Origin: Bugula neritina
Lineage: Eukaryota > Animalia > Bryozoa
DNA: 64,000 nucleotides
Direction: 5' to 3'
NCBI GenBank assembly: GCA_964035545.1
Contig: OZ037772.1
Coordinates: forward strand, 6,184,889 to 6,248,888
Numbering within the stretch: position 1 is the first letter of the stretch; the number at the start of each line of letters is the position of its first letter. Below are positions 1 through 36,180 of the stretch, one piece after another. A program made the translations under genes and the position numbers. The notes beneath the pieces are model-generated. The model did no database searches. It saw only the letters and a list, made by a program, of their open reading frames with translations, and was not told where the DNA came from.

Positions 1-899
1 GTCACACAAATTATCCCTGGCAAACCTTTCAATATCACTTTACAAATTACCTAACAAAGTAACTAACACCTAGAAGAGCAAAGACAATGAATGTTAATGT
101 TATCAGTCACAATAATACGTCATTAGGTCTTACCATATCAATATGGCTTCTAATAAATTCTTCAACTACCAACTCCATTCATCAAATCACGAAACCCCAT
201 GAGTCTATGCAGCTGTAATAAGAAAAAATGAAATTATTATATTAAACATATACAATAAACAGCTCAGAACTAGGAACTATGAAGATGAGCATTTTATGTT
301 TCATAAATTATGAATCAATAGTATAATTATAGTATTGTATGAGCAACATATCAACATTAGTCTGTATGATATATAGAATATTTTAATAAGTAGGACCTAA
401 ACTTGTAATCTAAATAAAAATGATGAGTTCAGAATTGGCAGGCCTAAAAGAAATTTAACGAAACCATGAGTTGTCTAAATTTATTGCAATTTGATCAGCA
501 GTTTGAAAAATAATTTTTAAGAGCACAATGTGTTTCTAAAACTTTTCTTTCCACTTTACAGAGAAAGTATATATGCAGACATAGTCATATATACTCCATG
601 TTATTGATACCTATATAGTAATTAGCATAGCTAAGCTAGATTACAGAGAGCTGTGTACAATGTATATTCATATTGTATGCTGGAATGTAACTACTAAGTA
701 CTAATTGTCTAATACATAAGTGATAGAATGAAACTTGTCTAGATACTTAAATAGCGCAAAAGATAAAAGCGGACACAACTCCAAACATGAGAATCTCTAA
801 CTACTGCACAACTCAGAGCTGGTTATAAAACCATTCTAATCACTCCTTACTAGCTACTACTATAATATATTATATATATGATATCCAAACTTCAAACAT

Positions 900-1540
900 C
901 TCGATCAACAGACCATATATGGTCTTTTACATATATAAACAATAGCGGTTACTTTAAATTTCCAGTTTTCAAACTGACAGCCTAAAAGTTTTTGTAATTG
1001 ATGTTTATGGTGCAGCTTAATAATTTTGGGATAATTATGGTCATTAAATTTGATTAAATGAATAGCTACCAAGCCAGCTATTTGCTTTTCAATTTGATCC
1101 CTAAATTTCAAAATTATCGGTAAATTTTAACGCTACTTTCAAATGCACAATACTGCTGTCAAATTATACAGAGCCAGTTTATTTTATTTAGATTACATTT
1201 AGAAGAACATGTAAATAAACAGAAATATTAGTCACTATATTTTGAATCGTTATAAATTGAGTTTATCATTTTGAATTTTCAATTTTAAAATGGCTGCTTT
1301 GAGAGGTCTAATTAAAATGATTGATTTAGCTAGTCAATTAAGGTCTCCCGTCACTTTAAGAAGCTTTTTATAATAGAAAATACTCTTAAAATTATACTAC
1401 CCAGTTTATTTAAGGCCAAAATCAAGTGTAACTTCTTAATAATGAAATTGAAAGTTATGCAAAATTTGTTAGCAAATTTCGCGATAGACTCAAAAGAGGC
1501 ATAAAATTACATAATTTCAAAGTTGATTGCGATCGCGAAC
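900..1540 (-). mobile_element. Partial copy of a piggyBac-like MITE (inverted copy of 40445-41128)
   Basis: The sequence is the reverse complement of 40445-41090; e.g. gaccatatatggtctttt and aatttcaaagttgattgcga have counterparts there. Confidence 0.7.
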
Positions 1541-1859
1541 ACAACTTGATTTCAGAACTTTTAAGGTTCCTAGTGAAAAGTTAACCACAGAAAATTTTTT
1601 TTTGCTAATGTCTTTTTTGGCATGGGCCTAACACTAACAGGGCTAATACTAATACAGTAATAGCAATAGCTATGAGACGTAAAAAAATTATAATCATAAT
1701 GATAATGATAAATATAGCTTATCATACAATGACAATCTATAACCATAAAAAATATATAAATTGTTAACACAAAAATATATGTTTCTATCATTCTCGTTGT
1801 AAAATCAGTTTTGTGTATTAGTTTAGATTAATATTTTTATAATTCTTACCTCAAATCCC

Positions 1860-2835
1860 GGGTCTCCGTCTAGTAGACTGGCTTGTCAACTGCCGTCCCA
1901 CTAGTAAATGAGTTGCTGGATCTCTACTTTTGACCAATGAAACAGCATGTATCACTTCTGCCCAATGAGAACCTCAGAAATACAAAGCTGCAGGCTGTTG
2001 AATACTTCCACAGCATAGATCAGCTCATCATAACTATAACACCACAACTCCACAGCGTGCTGTTTATCTTTCCTGTTGTTTCTATTTACACTAATAGGAT
2101 TACCTCGAGCCAGAGCCACATCACTGCAATTAAATTATATGCAGATAGAACTTGTATTATTGGCTACATTGGAAAATACTTTTATCTGCATTTAATATTC
2201 ACTCTGCTGATGAGATTGCTATAACCCTTATAGCTTACTCTCATATTGAATGGAACTAACATTGTATTGTCTAATAAAGTCAAATACCTGGAGTGTTAGT
2301 GGATCAGAATTTAAGATTGCATGAGCATGTTAATCAGTGGTTGCAACAGTATCAAGAAGAATGTATATTCTAAAGAATTTTTTATATTTTAGTTCTTATA
2401 AAACTCTAGAAAATACGTCATTTAAATGTTTCATCATGTCCCTTATCTCCTATTGTCGACCTATTATTCTCACTTGTATCTATATGCAGTGATAGAAAAG
2501 CTATCAGATAGATTTTCAAGGACTGCTCTGAACTTGGTATTTAGTATCATGACATAGATTTGCATATTCAGAAACTAACTAAAGCACTTGCCATCAAATA
2601 TATAATTATAGACAATGAACATTTTATCTATATATACTTTTGAGTCAATGCCTTCTGAAAGATATCGAACCATCGAAGATAGAGGAGCATGGGGCAGAGA
2701 TAGCTTCCTGTGACATCTTGTAAATACTTAGATTGATATTTTATTTTAATTAACCCAACAGAATTCTGACTTCTTTTCAATTTTGTTCATGCCTACTTAT
2801 TATAACCAGTATTTACATTAAATTTCACTGAAATG
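1860..2835 (+). mobile_element. Degenerate 3' fragment of a non-LTR retrotransposon (CR1/L2-like)
   Basis: Frameshifted RT C-terminal motifs (KYLGV..D.NL; V.RRMYILKNF; FKCFIMSLISYC.PI). The 3' part recurs at ~27060-27260. Confidence 0.55.
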
Positions 2836-3199
2836 ACATTGGTATATAATAAATCAATCATCCTTGCCAAAATAAATTTGCAAAACCACTGAACATGTAT
2901 AATAGAAATAATAAAATTTCCAGTTCATTGCAAAAACCGATATTATGATGTATAGTCTTAGCGCTTTCATGTTATTGCTCTCTGGGTGCTATATATGCCT
3001 GTTTCCTACTTGTCATAGTTTAGCCTAAGGCACTATAATGCGCAATAAACAGCCACCTCAACTGGGGTTGCTGCTGTTCACATTATGGATATTGGCACTT
3101 TGTTTAAATTTTATAACTTGTTTCATGTTTGATCCTGTGTTTGTGTTTGTCATTAATTATGCAGTGTGGTTCTATAACAGGACATGCGGCTTTGTAAGT

Positions 3200-3361
3200 T
3201 AGGAGCAGTAGTGGATAAATTGAGATAGCCAAAGCTCTTTGATTTTATTATTAAACTTTGATTTGGGGCGCAGTTTGAGATTTTTGCAAGAACATAACTT
3301 CTTGTGCTACATCTCAAATCTAGAACACAAGTTTTTCTCAGTCTCTTCATCATTGCACCTT
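3200..3361. mobile_element. MITE with termini related to the KDZ element
   Basis: Begins taggagcagtagtgga and ends tcatcattgcacct. The body is shared with 7300-7404 and 26415-26557. Confidence 0.6.
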
Positions 3362-3720
3362 TAACCTGAGCCTTCTAGAACTTGTGACCTAGCATTATCT
3401 CTCTCTGAATAATAATAAAAAGTGAAGGGTCCATGCATATAGGATATATTATCATATTGCATTCAGAAGGTCAATTTGAAAAGCACCTCACCTAGAGATT
3501 ATACTTCATACAAAAACAAAATAATAAACTATAATGTAGATTTTAAAAGCAAGGTTGATAGATAATGAGAACTAAGAATATAAAAGGCTATAGGTGGCTA
3601 AAAGAAAGCAATGCATCCATTATTCAACTAACTTAAAATGCTGTTGTACAAAATAATTTTTAAAGTACTACTTTTTTTTCAAAATAAAGCTATATTCAAA
3701 GCTATAATAGTGCGTGTGCG

Positions 3721-4402
3721 TGTGCTAGTGCTAGTGCTAGTGCTAGTGCTAGTGCTAGTGCTAGTGCTAGTGCTAGTGCTAGTGCTAGTGCTAGTGCTAG
3801 TGCTAGTGCTAGTGCTAGTGCTAGTGCTAGTGCTAGTGCTAGTGCTAGTGCTAGTGCTAGTGCTAGTGCTAGTGCTAGTGCTAGTGCTAGTGCTAGTGCT
3901 AGTGCTAGTGCTAGTGCTAGTGCTAGTGCTAGTGCTAGTGCTAGTGCTAGTGCTAGTGCTAGTGCTAGTGCTAGTGCTAGTGCTAGTGCTAGTGCTAGTG
4001 CTAGTGCTAGTGCTAGTGCTAGTGCTAGTGCTAGTGCTAGTGCTAGTGCTAGTGCTAGTGCTAGTGCTAGTGCTAGTGCTAGTGCTAGTGCTAGTGCTAG
4101 TGCTAGTGCTAGTGCTAGTGCTAGTGCTAGTGCTAGTGCTAGTGCTAGTGCTAGTGCTAGTGCTAGTGCTAGTGCTAGTGCTAGTGCTAGTGCTAGTGCT
4201 AGTGCTAGTGCTAGTGCTAGTGCTAGTGCTAGTGCTAGTGCTAGTGCTAGTGCTATAGTGCTATAGTGCTATAGTGCAAGTGCTAGTGCTATAGTGCTAG
4301 TGCTATAGTGCTAGTGCTATAGTGCTAGTGCTAGTGCTATAGTGCTATAGTGCTATAGTGCTAGTGCTAGTGCTAGTGCTATAGTGCTAGTGCTAGTGCT
4401 AT
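3721..4402. repeat. (GTGCTA)n microsatellite with GTGCTATA variants at the 3' end
   Basis: Seen directly; it explains the spurious poly-VL ORF. Confidence 0.98.
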
Positions 4403-4788
4403 AAGGGTGTTGAAGCTCATGCATAAAGCATGATAGATTATATGCATATTTTTTCTATGGTTTTGTAATATTTAAAAGTTATATAAGTTTCACAATACTC
4501 TCTTCATGAATACAGGCAAAGATTTATCACATGAGTTTAGCATATTTATATGCCTATATACTTATAGTGAAACATATCCACACAGCTACTGAAAATTGGA
4601 AATACTAGATATTCATTCAAATTATTAATATGTTGTTGGAGAAATGATATCAATACTATTGAGGAAAGTATGCAAATCTAATACAGGTTTAGTAATTATC
4701 TGAACAGAAACAGCCATCAATATGGCACTTATAATGTCACTGCTATAGTTGTGAGACTGGAAAATCCAGCTATAATGTGCTAGCTATT

Positions 4789-4830
4789 GGGGACGGAGCA
4801 ATGGCCCTTCGGAATATGGGCTAGTCACTA
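4789..4830. mobile_element. 42-bp minimal derivative of the foldback element, with 8-bp TSD
   Basis: ggggacggagcaat...ttcggaatatgggctagtcacta is flanked by tagctatt at 4781-4788 and 4831-4838. Its ends match the termini at 26128 and 9320. Confidence 0.65.
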
Positions 4831-6554
4831 TAGCTATTAATGCTGTATATGAATAACTCATCAACACATTCCATTGTGGCTGCTTTGTAGATGAACTAGC
4901 GGCTTGCTAGCTGTTTACTTGATTTTCATGGACTACAGAAACCTTCAATAGTTCAACCAAGTCTACATGGCTGTGAACAGAATAACTATATGGTTATACT
5001 TCACCTGGAATTATTCACCCATTATAATGCAACAATATTTATATCAGTTAAGTGCAGTATTCATGGGGCTAAAACATCTGAACTATATATATTGTATATG
5101 ACTACATGACATTGAGTCAGTTTAATATTGTAATAGTTCATATTGTAATAGTTCACTGAAATATCTTTATTTGGAAAGCACAACTGATCACTATGAACAC
5201 ATTCAAAAACAGACAATATAATTATATACAAACCACAAATATAAAGAAGATTTAGGACACAGAGGAACACAGTACAACTATAATAATATTTGCAAAACAG
5301 GTTACATAACTGCATGATGCAATGTTATGCACATTACAAATATCAAGTCATTTTGCTTGATATATAGTGCGGAAGAAAGGAGGAACTTTTAGGTAGACAA
5401 ATTATTAAAACTGCAGGTGAAAGTATATCAGAATAAATTATCAACAATGACCTTTTAACTCTATACTCTATACTCTATAAGCAGTCTCATTCAGAGCCGG
5501 GTTCACAGAGAAAGCTGCAGTTTGGTGTACATCTCACCAGCAGGAAAAAACCACATATATATTAAATTTAAGCAATTATACATTTAATTTAAAAACAGTT
5601 GAAGCTCTGGTGTCATTTGGCACCATATTTTACACAAAACTATGGAGTTTTTTGCTGTTAGATATTGTTTGTAATTTCAGTACGCATACAGTACCTGTGA
5701 TAGCAAAAAGATAAGACAGAATATTTTAGTACTGTCTCCTATGACAAGATTTTAAATTGTGGCATTGAAAAGAAAGGCTTATATTTAGAGAAACAATTAG
5801 CAGCAAAACTCAACTGTGGTAAATCAGTTGTACATCAAGCTAATATTATTGATATATATGCCATATTGAGCATGAAATATCCACCTAGAGTCCTAGACAG
5901 ATGTTTGGAGGAGACATGTCTGTGATGCGTGTAACTTGACTTCATTTGACTCAACCACTTGTTGTCAGCACTGGCAAACCGAGTAATAAAATTTAACCAC
6001 AATGAATATCAAGATAGCCTCTGTTCTAGATTAAAAATGTAACAAAAGAAATTATGTGTGCTCGCAAGACTTTGAACTTAAGCACCATGCAAACCAAAAT
6101 TTAATAAAAAAAATGAAGAACTTGGGCTATGTCAAATTTTCCCCTATACTGCTCCTAAGTGGAGGCAAATTTCGGTCAACTGAACTTTCTTGATATTTAA
6201 CTTGTTTTTGTAATATTATTGGTTGGACTTCTTCTGCTTGTTGTTGCAGTGGTGATAAGAGCTAATTTTAGTTATGATGACTCATTAAGTGATTAAACAT
6301 TGCCCCTACACAACTGCCTGCATGTGGGTGTTATTGAGAGAAGAGTATGACAACTCTTTCATCAGAGATGACCTGTCAAATGCAGCATCAAATGGAGACA
6401 ACAAGAGAAGATAATTCTCTTGTTGTCACAATTAACCTGTCCTTACTTATTGCAGCATACAGAGTGAAACTGGCTATAACAGGATAAACAGTTATAGACC
6501 AGGCTTCAACATGTATTGTTGATGCATGGATTACTTGCAACCAATAACTACAAC

Positions 6555-6764
6555 TTACGAAAGTTTATAGTCACTATTCCTGTGAGAACCCATGATGGAA
6601 AGCTTTTTTTTTGTTAAATCAGGCTAAGGACTTATTTACATGAGACACAGGAGCAATTATGACCGGATGCTTTTCCTAATATCACCAATGGCCTTTGTCC
6701 GGTGAACCCATGACTTTGTATTTACTAAGCAAACGCTCTAAGCCCTAGACTACGGTTGCTCCTT
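6555..6764 (-). mobile_element. tRNA-derived SINE
   Basis: The minus strand begins ggagcaaccgtagtctagggcttagagcg (A-box-like), then gggttcac (B-box-like) and an A-rich tract. A 17-bp TSD caaccaataactacaac lies at 6538-6554 and 6765-6781. Confidence 0.7.
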
Positions 6765-7299
6765 CAACCAATAACTACAACAACTGTGTAAATTATTGTA
6801 AACCTTATAAGAGCAGTTATGAAAATAATGAACATTAGAATTAGACACCCTCCAAGCAGACTAAATATTGCTTTAGGTAGAATTTACTACTTCAGTAATT
6901 CTAGAATTATTAATTAGGACTGATTTACAACACTTATACAGTATAAAACTTACTCAAGCACAAGTAACTGTAAGATTACTTCATTTAGTTATATTTATAT
7001 ACCCCTAAAAAATTATCATTAGCAAGTTGATAACAGGTGCAGTTTGACAGACTAAAATAATAAAGAATAGGGAGTTGATAACTCCCAGGAAAACTTTACT
7101 CAACTCAACTTCTCTTTACTATGAGCTTTTCTGAGTATTTTGTCTATACTTTCTGACTAGTAATACAAAAGTCAAACATCCAACATTAACTGCTTGCACA
7201 GCCATAGTGGCTGCAAATAAGTAGGCTATATAATTACATAATCATCAACTGGTCGTTCGGTTTTGCTTCAGCGCAACTACAGCTGAAAATCTCTATACA

Positions 7300-7404
7300 T
7301 TTTGGTTTGGAGCTCTGTTGAAATTCTCAGGAGAACATAACTTCTTTTGCTACATTTATAATTTAAAGCACAGGCTTTTCTCAATTTCTCCATTACTGCA
7401 CCTA
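7300..7404. mobile_element. Partial MITE with KDZ-element terminus
   Basis: Ends ctccattactgcaccta, identical to the KDZ element's right end at 25510-25526. Confidence 0.6.
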
Positions 7405-7820
7405 TCTTCTAAAAATAGTCATTAATAAAGTCAACTATTGATGAGATGCAATATTTTCTTCTGTCAAAGTTTTCAGAGGTGAAGATTTCAAGATTTGGAT
7501 TTGTGGTTCAAAAAAGTTGAGCTGGATATTATATAAAATGTTGCATAAATTTCCCTAATATTATAGGAGCTCATCTGTAAATACAAAACAACATGACACT
7601 TTCTTTTTAAACAGCTTGCAATTTATCTATACTTGATCAAGTTAAGAAAGCCATTGAAAGTATTTGACTATAGAAATAATTGGTTTACAATTTGCATTTA
7701 CAATATATAAATATGAAATCAAGCATGAAAATTTATAAATATTTAAAATTTTTATGAAGAAGTATTCAATTACTTAAGTAAAAATTAGTTTAAACTTTGC
7801 AATTATGTAAACACGGAGCT

Positions 7821-29234
<21,414 letters not shown>

Positions 29235-29374
29235 GTTTCTAGTTATAAGTATTCCAAGATATTATACACACTCATAGCTTCAGAGTATAACAACTAAAAT
29301 ACCAAATATACATGTTTGCTTAGTATTTTTATAAGTATTGCTAGCCAATCAAATTCAAGTTTTTAGATTTAGTT

Positions 29375-29682
<308 letters not shown>

Positions 29683-31674
29683 TCAGTCGTAAATCTAAAT
29701 ATTCTTTTTAAAATATTCACAAATGCTGCTTTTCAATTCAACAAGTGTTTTAAATATATTTAAGCTGAAAGAGTCTCCCATTACGATGTTCAAGCTTGTG
29801 ACTCATTGCAACTCTGTATAATCAAAATAAGTTATCAAGAACACAAGGACAGTTCATATCAATTTGTATAATAAAATCAAAAGTTATACAAAGTTACAAT
29901 AGTTGGTGAATTTTGGTTTTCATGTCCAACACGGAACTTCCTTATCACCATAGATCTGTAAATATTGTTCATATGTTATCTATTTGAACTTTGTTTATCT
30001 GATTCTGTTGTCATTGGGCTGATTGAAAGAACAACTGCATACTGACATAGTGGGTATGATTTGTTAATGTATATTGTCATATACCATAAGACTATATACA
30101 TTTAAAGTGTTATATTAATTAAATAGCTGACAAACAACCAAACTAAGATATGAGAATATGCATGGTTTTTAGTAAATGGGAAAAAATGATTTTTGCTTTC
30201 AATGAGTATTTGGGTAGTTGGACTTGCACTAAGATATAGTCACAATCAGGGAAATCTTTCAGCAATAGACCATTTGACATCATAGAAATCTCTCTGTCCG
30301 TACTGCCTGAATGGAAGCATGACTTTGAAAAAGTCGCTTTGAGAGCTGTTAAAGACGGTTTTTTAAAGTTTTCTTTTATTTGCGACCAAGTATCATTGAG
30401 CCATTTTCTGCTTTCATTTAACTTTAATTCGCTTGAATATTACTGAATATATTAGAAAAAATAGGTGACTAATATTTTATTGCTAGGAACAGTAAAACCA
30501 TTTGAAAATATTGTTTTTCAAGTTTTGTTCTAGCTGTCAATTTGTGGTGTGGGGTAGATAGCCTCTATATAGTAACTTATGCTCTGCGTGGCAGGACTTA
30601 ATTTTCCTGACAATTGGACATATATTATATAAACTACCTAAATATTCAGTATTGTCCCATTCCTGTTGACTGTGATTTTAAATGTAGTCTTACTCACCTG
30701 CAGTTAGGTTTGTTTTGACACTAAGTTTAACCTGCGCAGAAAAATTGCTAAACATCTCAAAAAGACGGAAAGTTGAAAGGATAGAGGCAGGTAACAATTA
30801 GTGCTCTCCAAATGCAATCTGATTGTTTTAAATAAATAATAGACTGACATGCACAGAAAAAGAATAATAGATCAAAAGAGAGGCGCAGGTTGCAAGTCAG
30901 AAAATATGTGTTTGTTATTTATAAAGAGTTCAATTTAAACTGATAATTCATTAGCAAGCAGAAATCGGTACTCAAAATAAAACCCCTGAGCTTCCACTAA
31001 ACACATCAAGGAACTATACCTCGGAAGAATAGAAAAATTGGCCAATTTTACCTGAAAAGTTTATTTTTCAATCTCTGCCAAATAAAATATCAGCAGGGAA
31101 GCATGGTATTCAGATGAAACAAACACTGTAGTGTTTGTTGTCGGAATGTCGGAACCATGAGAAATTTCTGCAAAGCAAATTGTTTTCTCTTTTCAATAGC
31201 TTTCATAGATTTTCTGAAAATTAGTGTTTTACACACTCAAAAAACGATATTTTTTTCTAAGTAATCACAATGCGTAACAGTTTGTGCTTCAGTGAACGCA
31301 TAGAGATGAGAAAATACTGATGAATATGGTACTAATTACAGGCCTGCTAGTTTACAAGCTGGTGAATAGCTCGATGTGTACTTTGTTTATGAGGCAGCCA
31401 TAATGAAAAGTTGATATAGAGGATACAGCCCTAACTAAGACAGCTGCTTTTTGGTCATAATGTAATCTCAGGCTAAACAATCACAAGTAGGCAACGCGCA
31501 TGCCACCTACACAATATCAACATAGCAAGAACTTAAACTAGATTGCGAACGAAATTTATAATATTCTTAGTGAGGATGCCCTTAACGATTCTGTGTACTT
31601 ATCATCAGTAACACTTTCAAAAATATGTTCATAGAGGTGTAGGGCCTATATAGAACAGTTTCTTTTTTTATAAT

Positions 31675-31832
31675 CTAGACCATACGGCGTATATGCATGG
31701 GTACCATTACATCTCTGCCTATACTGTACCACCAAGCACCAGGATACAGAGCTGCACAATTGCCTGAGTACGTGTCATGGTCTCTATCAGCTGTTGAACA
31801 CATTGCTCTATTGTGAACTAAAAAGCTGCCTT
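31675..31832 (-). pseudogene. Orphan degenerate FReD last exon
   Basis: Translates [35 protein letters not shown] and then breaks down. Its acceptor flank resembles FReD-A 8072-8120. Confidence 0.75.
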
Positions 31833-32956
31833 CTAAAAGTCAAAAGTTAACTATGAGGAAACTTTTGTCAATGTATTGAAAACATGTTTTTGATGTTAAA
31901 TATGAATAAGCCACATCTGACTTTGTAGTCAATTAGCATCAACAATGGCCATCAGTATGAAGCGTGGTGTCTCACTTATAGATCAGCGTATATACTATAT
32001 ACTGTAGACATGGGGTGTGGTCTAAAATATTAGGCTATGCTACAGTCTAACTCCATCTGACTGGCATGCAACTTTTTACAATGCAAAAAAGTCATAATAT
32101 TTGCAAAACGGAGTCTGTAGCCTTTCAGTTAGAAAGTTTGTGAATTTTATAACAACCTATTTTCTTGTCTGGTTTGGCAAGCAGCGCTTTAAACATGCAG
32201 TTCAAAAATAAAAAACAAACATTTTTTGAGGTTAACTCTTACATGAAACCAAAATTTACTTGCAAGCAAACAAAACCATAACTCTTGGTTTACTATTATA
32301 ATGAATTGATGAAAGATATTTTTAAGATAATTTTTATTGTCAGGTCTGAAGTACCAAGTGTGATAAATGGACCTATGATAGGTTAAAAGTAGAATGACAG
32401 TAATCTGTCACGACTGATTCAGTATCTATTTAAATATGAACAAGCCACACATTATATATATTTTGTATTACTATATACCTTTGTGTATGAGCACTCCAAC
32501 ATCTTATAATTCTTCAAGTTAAAATGTCTTGTAAAGCTTTAGAATATTACAAAATATGACAAAAAGGGCATATGCAGGTGTGGACAGTTTGTGAAATTTA
32601 CTAAATGATTGTAACCATTTAATCTACAATGCAGTTTATACAAAATTTCACAGATAAACTAAATTAGTGATGAACTGCAATCAATGCTTTGCCGTTAAAA
32701 AGGTTGCAATGTTTATGTTTACAAGACACCGCGCATATAGAGCCTTTTATTTAAAATTTGTAAAGCACATATAATTAACCACATGCACGTTGGTTTGGCT
32801 TTGTAAATAGTTACATGTATATATAAAATATAACTTCAAAATATAAAACAAAAATCAGTTTGATGTTTAGCTCTTAAAAAGATTGCAACTCATCAACTAA
32901 ACAATTAAAGGTGTAGTAAGTATATTCACATTTTGCAATTACATAAACATGAAGAT

Positions 32957-35178
32957 TTACAAAAAGCTGCGGAATTTGATTTCTGTTGTTTTGAGAGAAT
33001 AGTAATGTCCTTTCCAGGTTGACCAGTCTACGCCCATACCATAGGATGTATGACTGCCATTTAAATACTTGCCATTTAAATTAGAAGAATGACACCCGCC
33101 ATACCACCATGCACCATGATACATAACTGCACAATTGGCTGTAGAGGCATCATTGTCTCGATCAGCTGTTGAAAAATTTTGTCCATTACTATGATATGAA
33201 AGGCCGTCACCTAAAAATTAAATATTTTATTTTCATAATGAATTATTTTCATAAAATGAATAAAGTTCTTAACCACTCATTTGAAATGCTTATTTCGATG
33301 TTTCAGCTTTTCAGAGTATAATATTTTAAAATAAACTAGTTACCTTAGTTGAAAGATGGGAGCCTCCCAATCAATATCATACAACAATTTAACTGCATTT
33401 GGATAACAATTTACATATAATCAAAATTTTAGTAGATAATCTATGAAACAAATCCTTCTATATAATAGTAATGCAATAGTATAGCGCCTAAACAATAATT
33501 ATATGTTGCAACTATAAATAGCTTAAATCTTTTTAATACTTCACAAAATGTTTGAATAAATCTTTTTTGAAAGCATAACCAACAAATTATTTACATTTAT
33601 TTTTACGCTGCAAGATGGAACATTGTGTTACAGATGATAAACAAATATTTGAAATTTTCATTCTGTTAGAAATACATACCTGCTGTTCCATTATAGCCAG
33701 ACACCGAGAGAATATATCCAGTAGACTCATCACCAATATTGAAGCTGCTGTATTCAGCATAAGCTTGTTCATTGGTTGTACTTTCAAGGTCAAATCTCAA
33801 CTCATTCTTAGGATTGGCTTGCAGAGCAGCTACCAACTTGTCATTTCCAAGCCAGAACTCTCCATTCAAATCACCAAAACCCAGTTTATAACTGTACCAG
33901 TTTCTGTAGAAATCAACTGAGCCATCCATTCTTCTTTGGAACACCTAACATTGAGTAAAAAAAAATTAGGTCAACTGAGCTATTCATTCTTCTTTGGAAA
34001 ACTTATACCAAGCAAATTTATTTTGACAACTAACATTGCCATATGCCAATCAAGCAGTCTAAAGCAAAGAAAGCATGTTTCAGGTTTCAAATTTAATATC
34101 TTTGTTGCTAAATATTATCGCTATATTATATTAAAACGTAAATATCTCCAGCTACGCGAACAAGACAAAATGGAGATAGGTGAAAATAAGTGAGAAAAAA
34201 TATAACATAAACAGCTATATGTAAAAATATTTCAATATGTGCTAAATTCTATGAATCACAGCAAATGACATTTCATATGCACTTGATCACTGTATAGCAG
34301 AAATTTGAAATTTCTTTTTAAACAAGAAAACAACACTCACAGTCCATCCACCTCCATCAGTTTTCTGGTCACAGAAGACATCAAATGAGTAGTGTTCCTG
34401 CCCTTTTGGGTAGATCTTATAGACACCACTAGTACCATTAAAACCGAGACACAGTAAGTCCAAACATGTTCTGGGTTTGCAGAAAGGTTGTGTCTTCATT
34501 CTCTCTAAGCAATACTCATCTATCTCACTTTGCTGTGACTACAAGGTTTGAGATTAAATTAACTTATTGTGTAATTAAATATTTACCTACTTTATAGGTA
34601 TATTGCAGCACATTAAAAATATCTCCATATTTTATTAACTTCTAATTAAAAAGAAACATTTCTAAATCTAAACATAAACATAATTATACTATCAAAGTAA
34701 CGTATATAGTTATAAGTTGTGCAGTTTTGTTTCACACTCCTATTACCACGACAACATACTTTACAAATCTGCTATTTTATTAAACTCTTTTAAAACAAAA
34801 ATTAGCAAACAAATATTTTGAACAATACTTAAAACAAAAATTCAATATTTTGTTTTAGCTGTTTGTTGTTTTTTTGCAAGAATCCAAGTATGAAAATAAC
34901 AATATTGCATTGCTAAGCATAGTAGCATCTCTACTTACTATATAACTAAATAGAGTTTGGTTTTCTTTGTTACAAAGTATTTAATATTTAAGTATTCAAT
35001 ATTAAAAAAAAACTGCCTTCCTACAGTTGATTGAAAAATAACCTAACTATGTATTCAGTAGAATTATGCATAGTAAGTATAGTAAGCAGTTATTTTCTAG
35101 AATATAATATGCCACAATGATACTTACTATTTGAAGTAAAGCTGTAAATAAAAGTATGAGTATAAAGTATCTGTGCAT
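32957..35178 (-). CDS. Secreted fibrinogen-related protein, FReD-B (~255 aa); exons 35178-35128, 34538-34341, 33944-33680, 33210-32957
   Basis: Signal [17 protein letters not shown], complete FBG motifs, in-phase GT-AG introns. Confidence 0.88.
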
Positions 35179-35427
35179 TTTTCTAGTCATAAGTATTCAA
35201 AATTATTATAAGTTTAGGGCTTTACAGGAACAACTAAAATACTAAAATAAAGATTTGCTTAGTATTTATATAGGTAAGGCTAGCCAATCAAATTCAAGTT
35301 TTTAGATTTATATTAGAAACTTTTTCCTGTAAGTTATTATTGTCGCCATTGAATTAAAATGTGAGAGGATCCAAGCAAGCCAAGATGAACAGCATTATGA
35401 AAAAATGTATGCTTTGGTTTACTGCAA

Positions 35428-35461
<34 letters not shown>

Positions 35462-35863
35462 ATGTGTCTTGTTTGTGTATGTGTATGTGTATGTGTATGT
35501 ACATGTGTATGTGTATGTGTATGTGTATGTACATGTGTATGTGTATGTGTGTATATGTGTGTATGTGTATATGTATATGTGTATGTGTATATGTATATGT
35601 GTATGTGTATGTGTACGTGTACGTGTACGTGTACGTGTACGTGTACGTGTACGTGTACGTGTACGTGTACGTGTTCGTGTACGTGTACGTGTACGTGTAC
35701 GTGTACGTGTACTGTATGTGTGTATGTGTCTATGTATGTGTATGTGTATGCGTATGTGTATGTGTGTATGTGTATGTGTCTTGTTTGTGTATGTGTATGT
35801 GTATGTACATGTGTATGTGTATGTGTCTGTGTGTATATGTGTGTATATGTGTGTATGTGTATA

Positions 35864-35936
<73 letters not shown>

Positions 35937-35953
35937 GTATATGTGTATGTATA

Positions 35954-35984
<31 letters not shown>

Positions 35985-36180
35985 GTGCATGTGCATGTGT
36001 ATGTATATGTGTATGTATATGTATATGTGCATGTATACATGTGTATGTGTATGTACATGGATATGTGTGTGTGTGTATATCCGTTCATATATACATATGA
36101 ATAATGCATATAATGCATATAATGCATATAATGCAGATAATGCATATATGTAACGCATATGTATAATGCGTATCTATAAT
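35428..36180. repeat. Compound (TGTGTA)n/(CGTGTA)n microsatellite upstream of FReD-B
   Basis: Seen directly. Confidence 0.95.

Noticed and set aside
3638-4258. 206-aa poly-VL ORF
   Set aside because: It is the translation of the (GTGCTA)n microsatellite.
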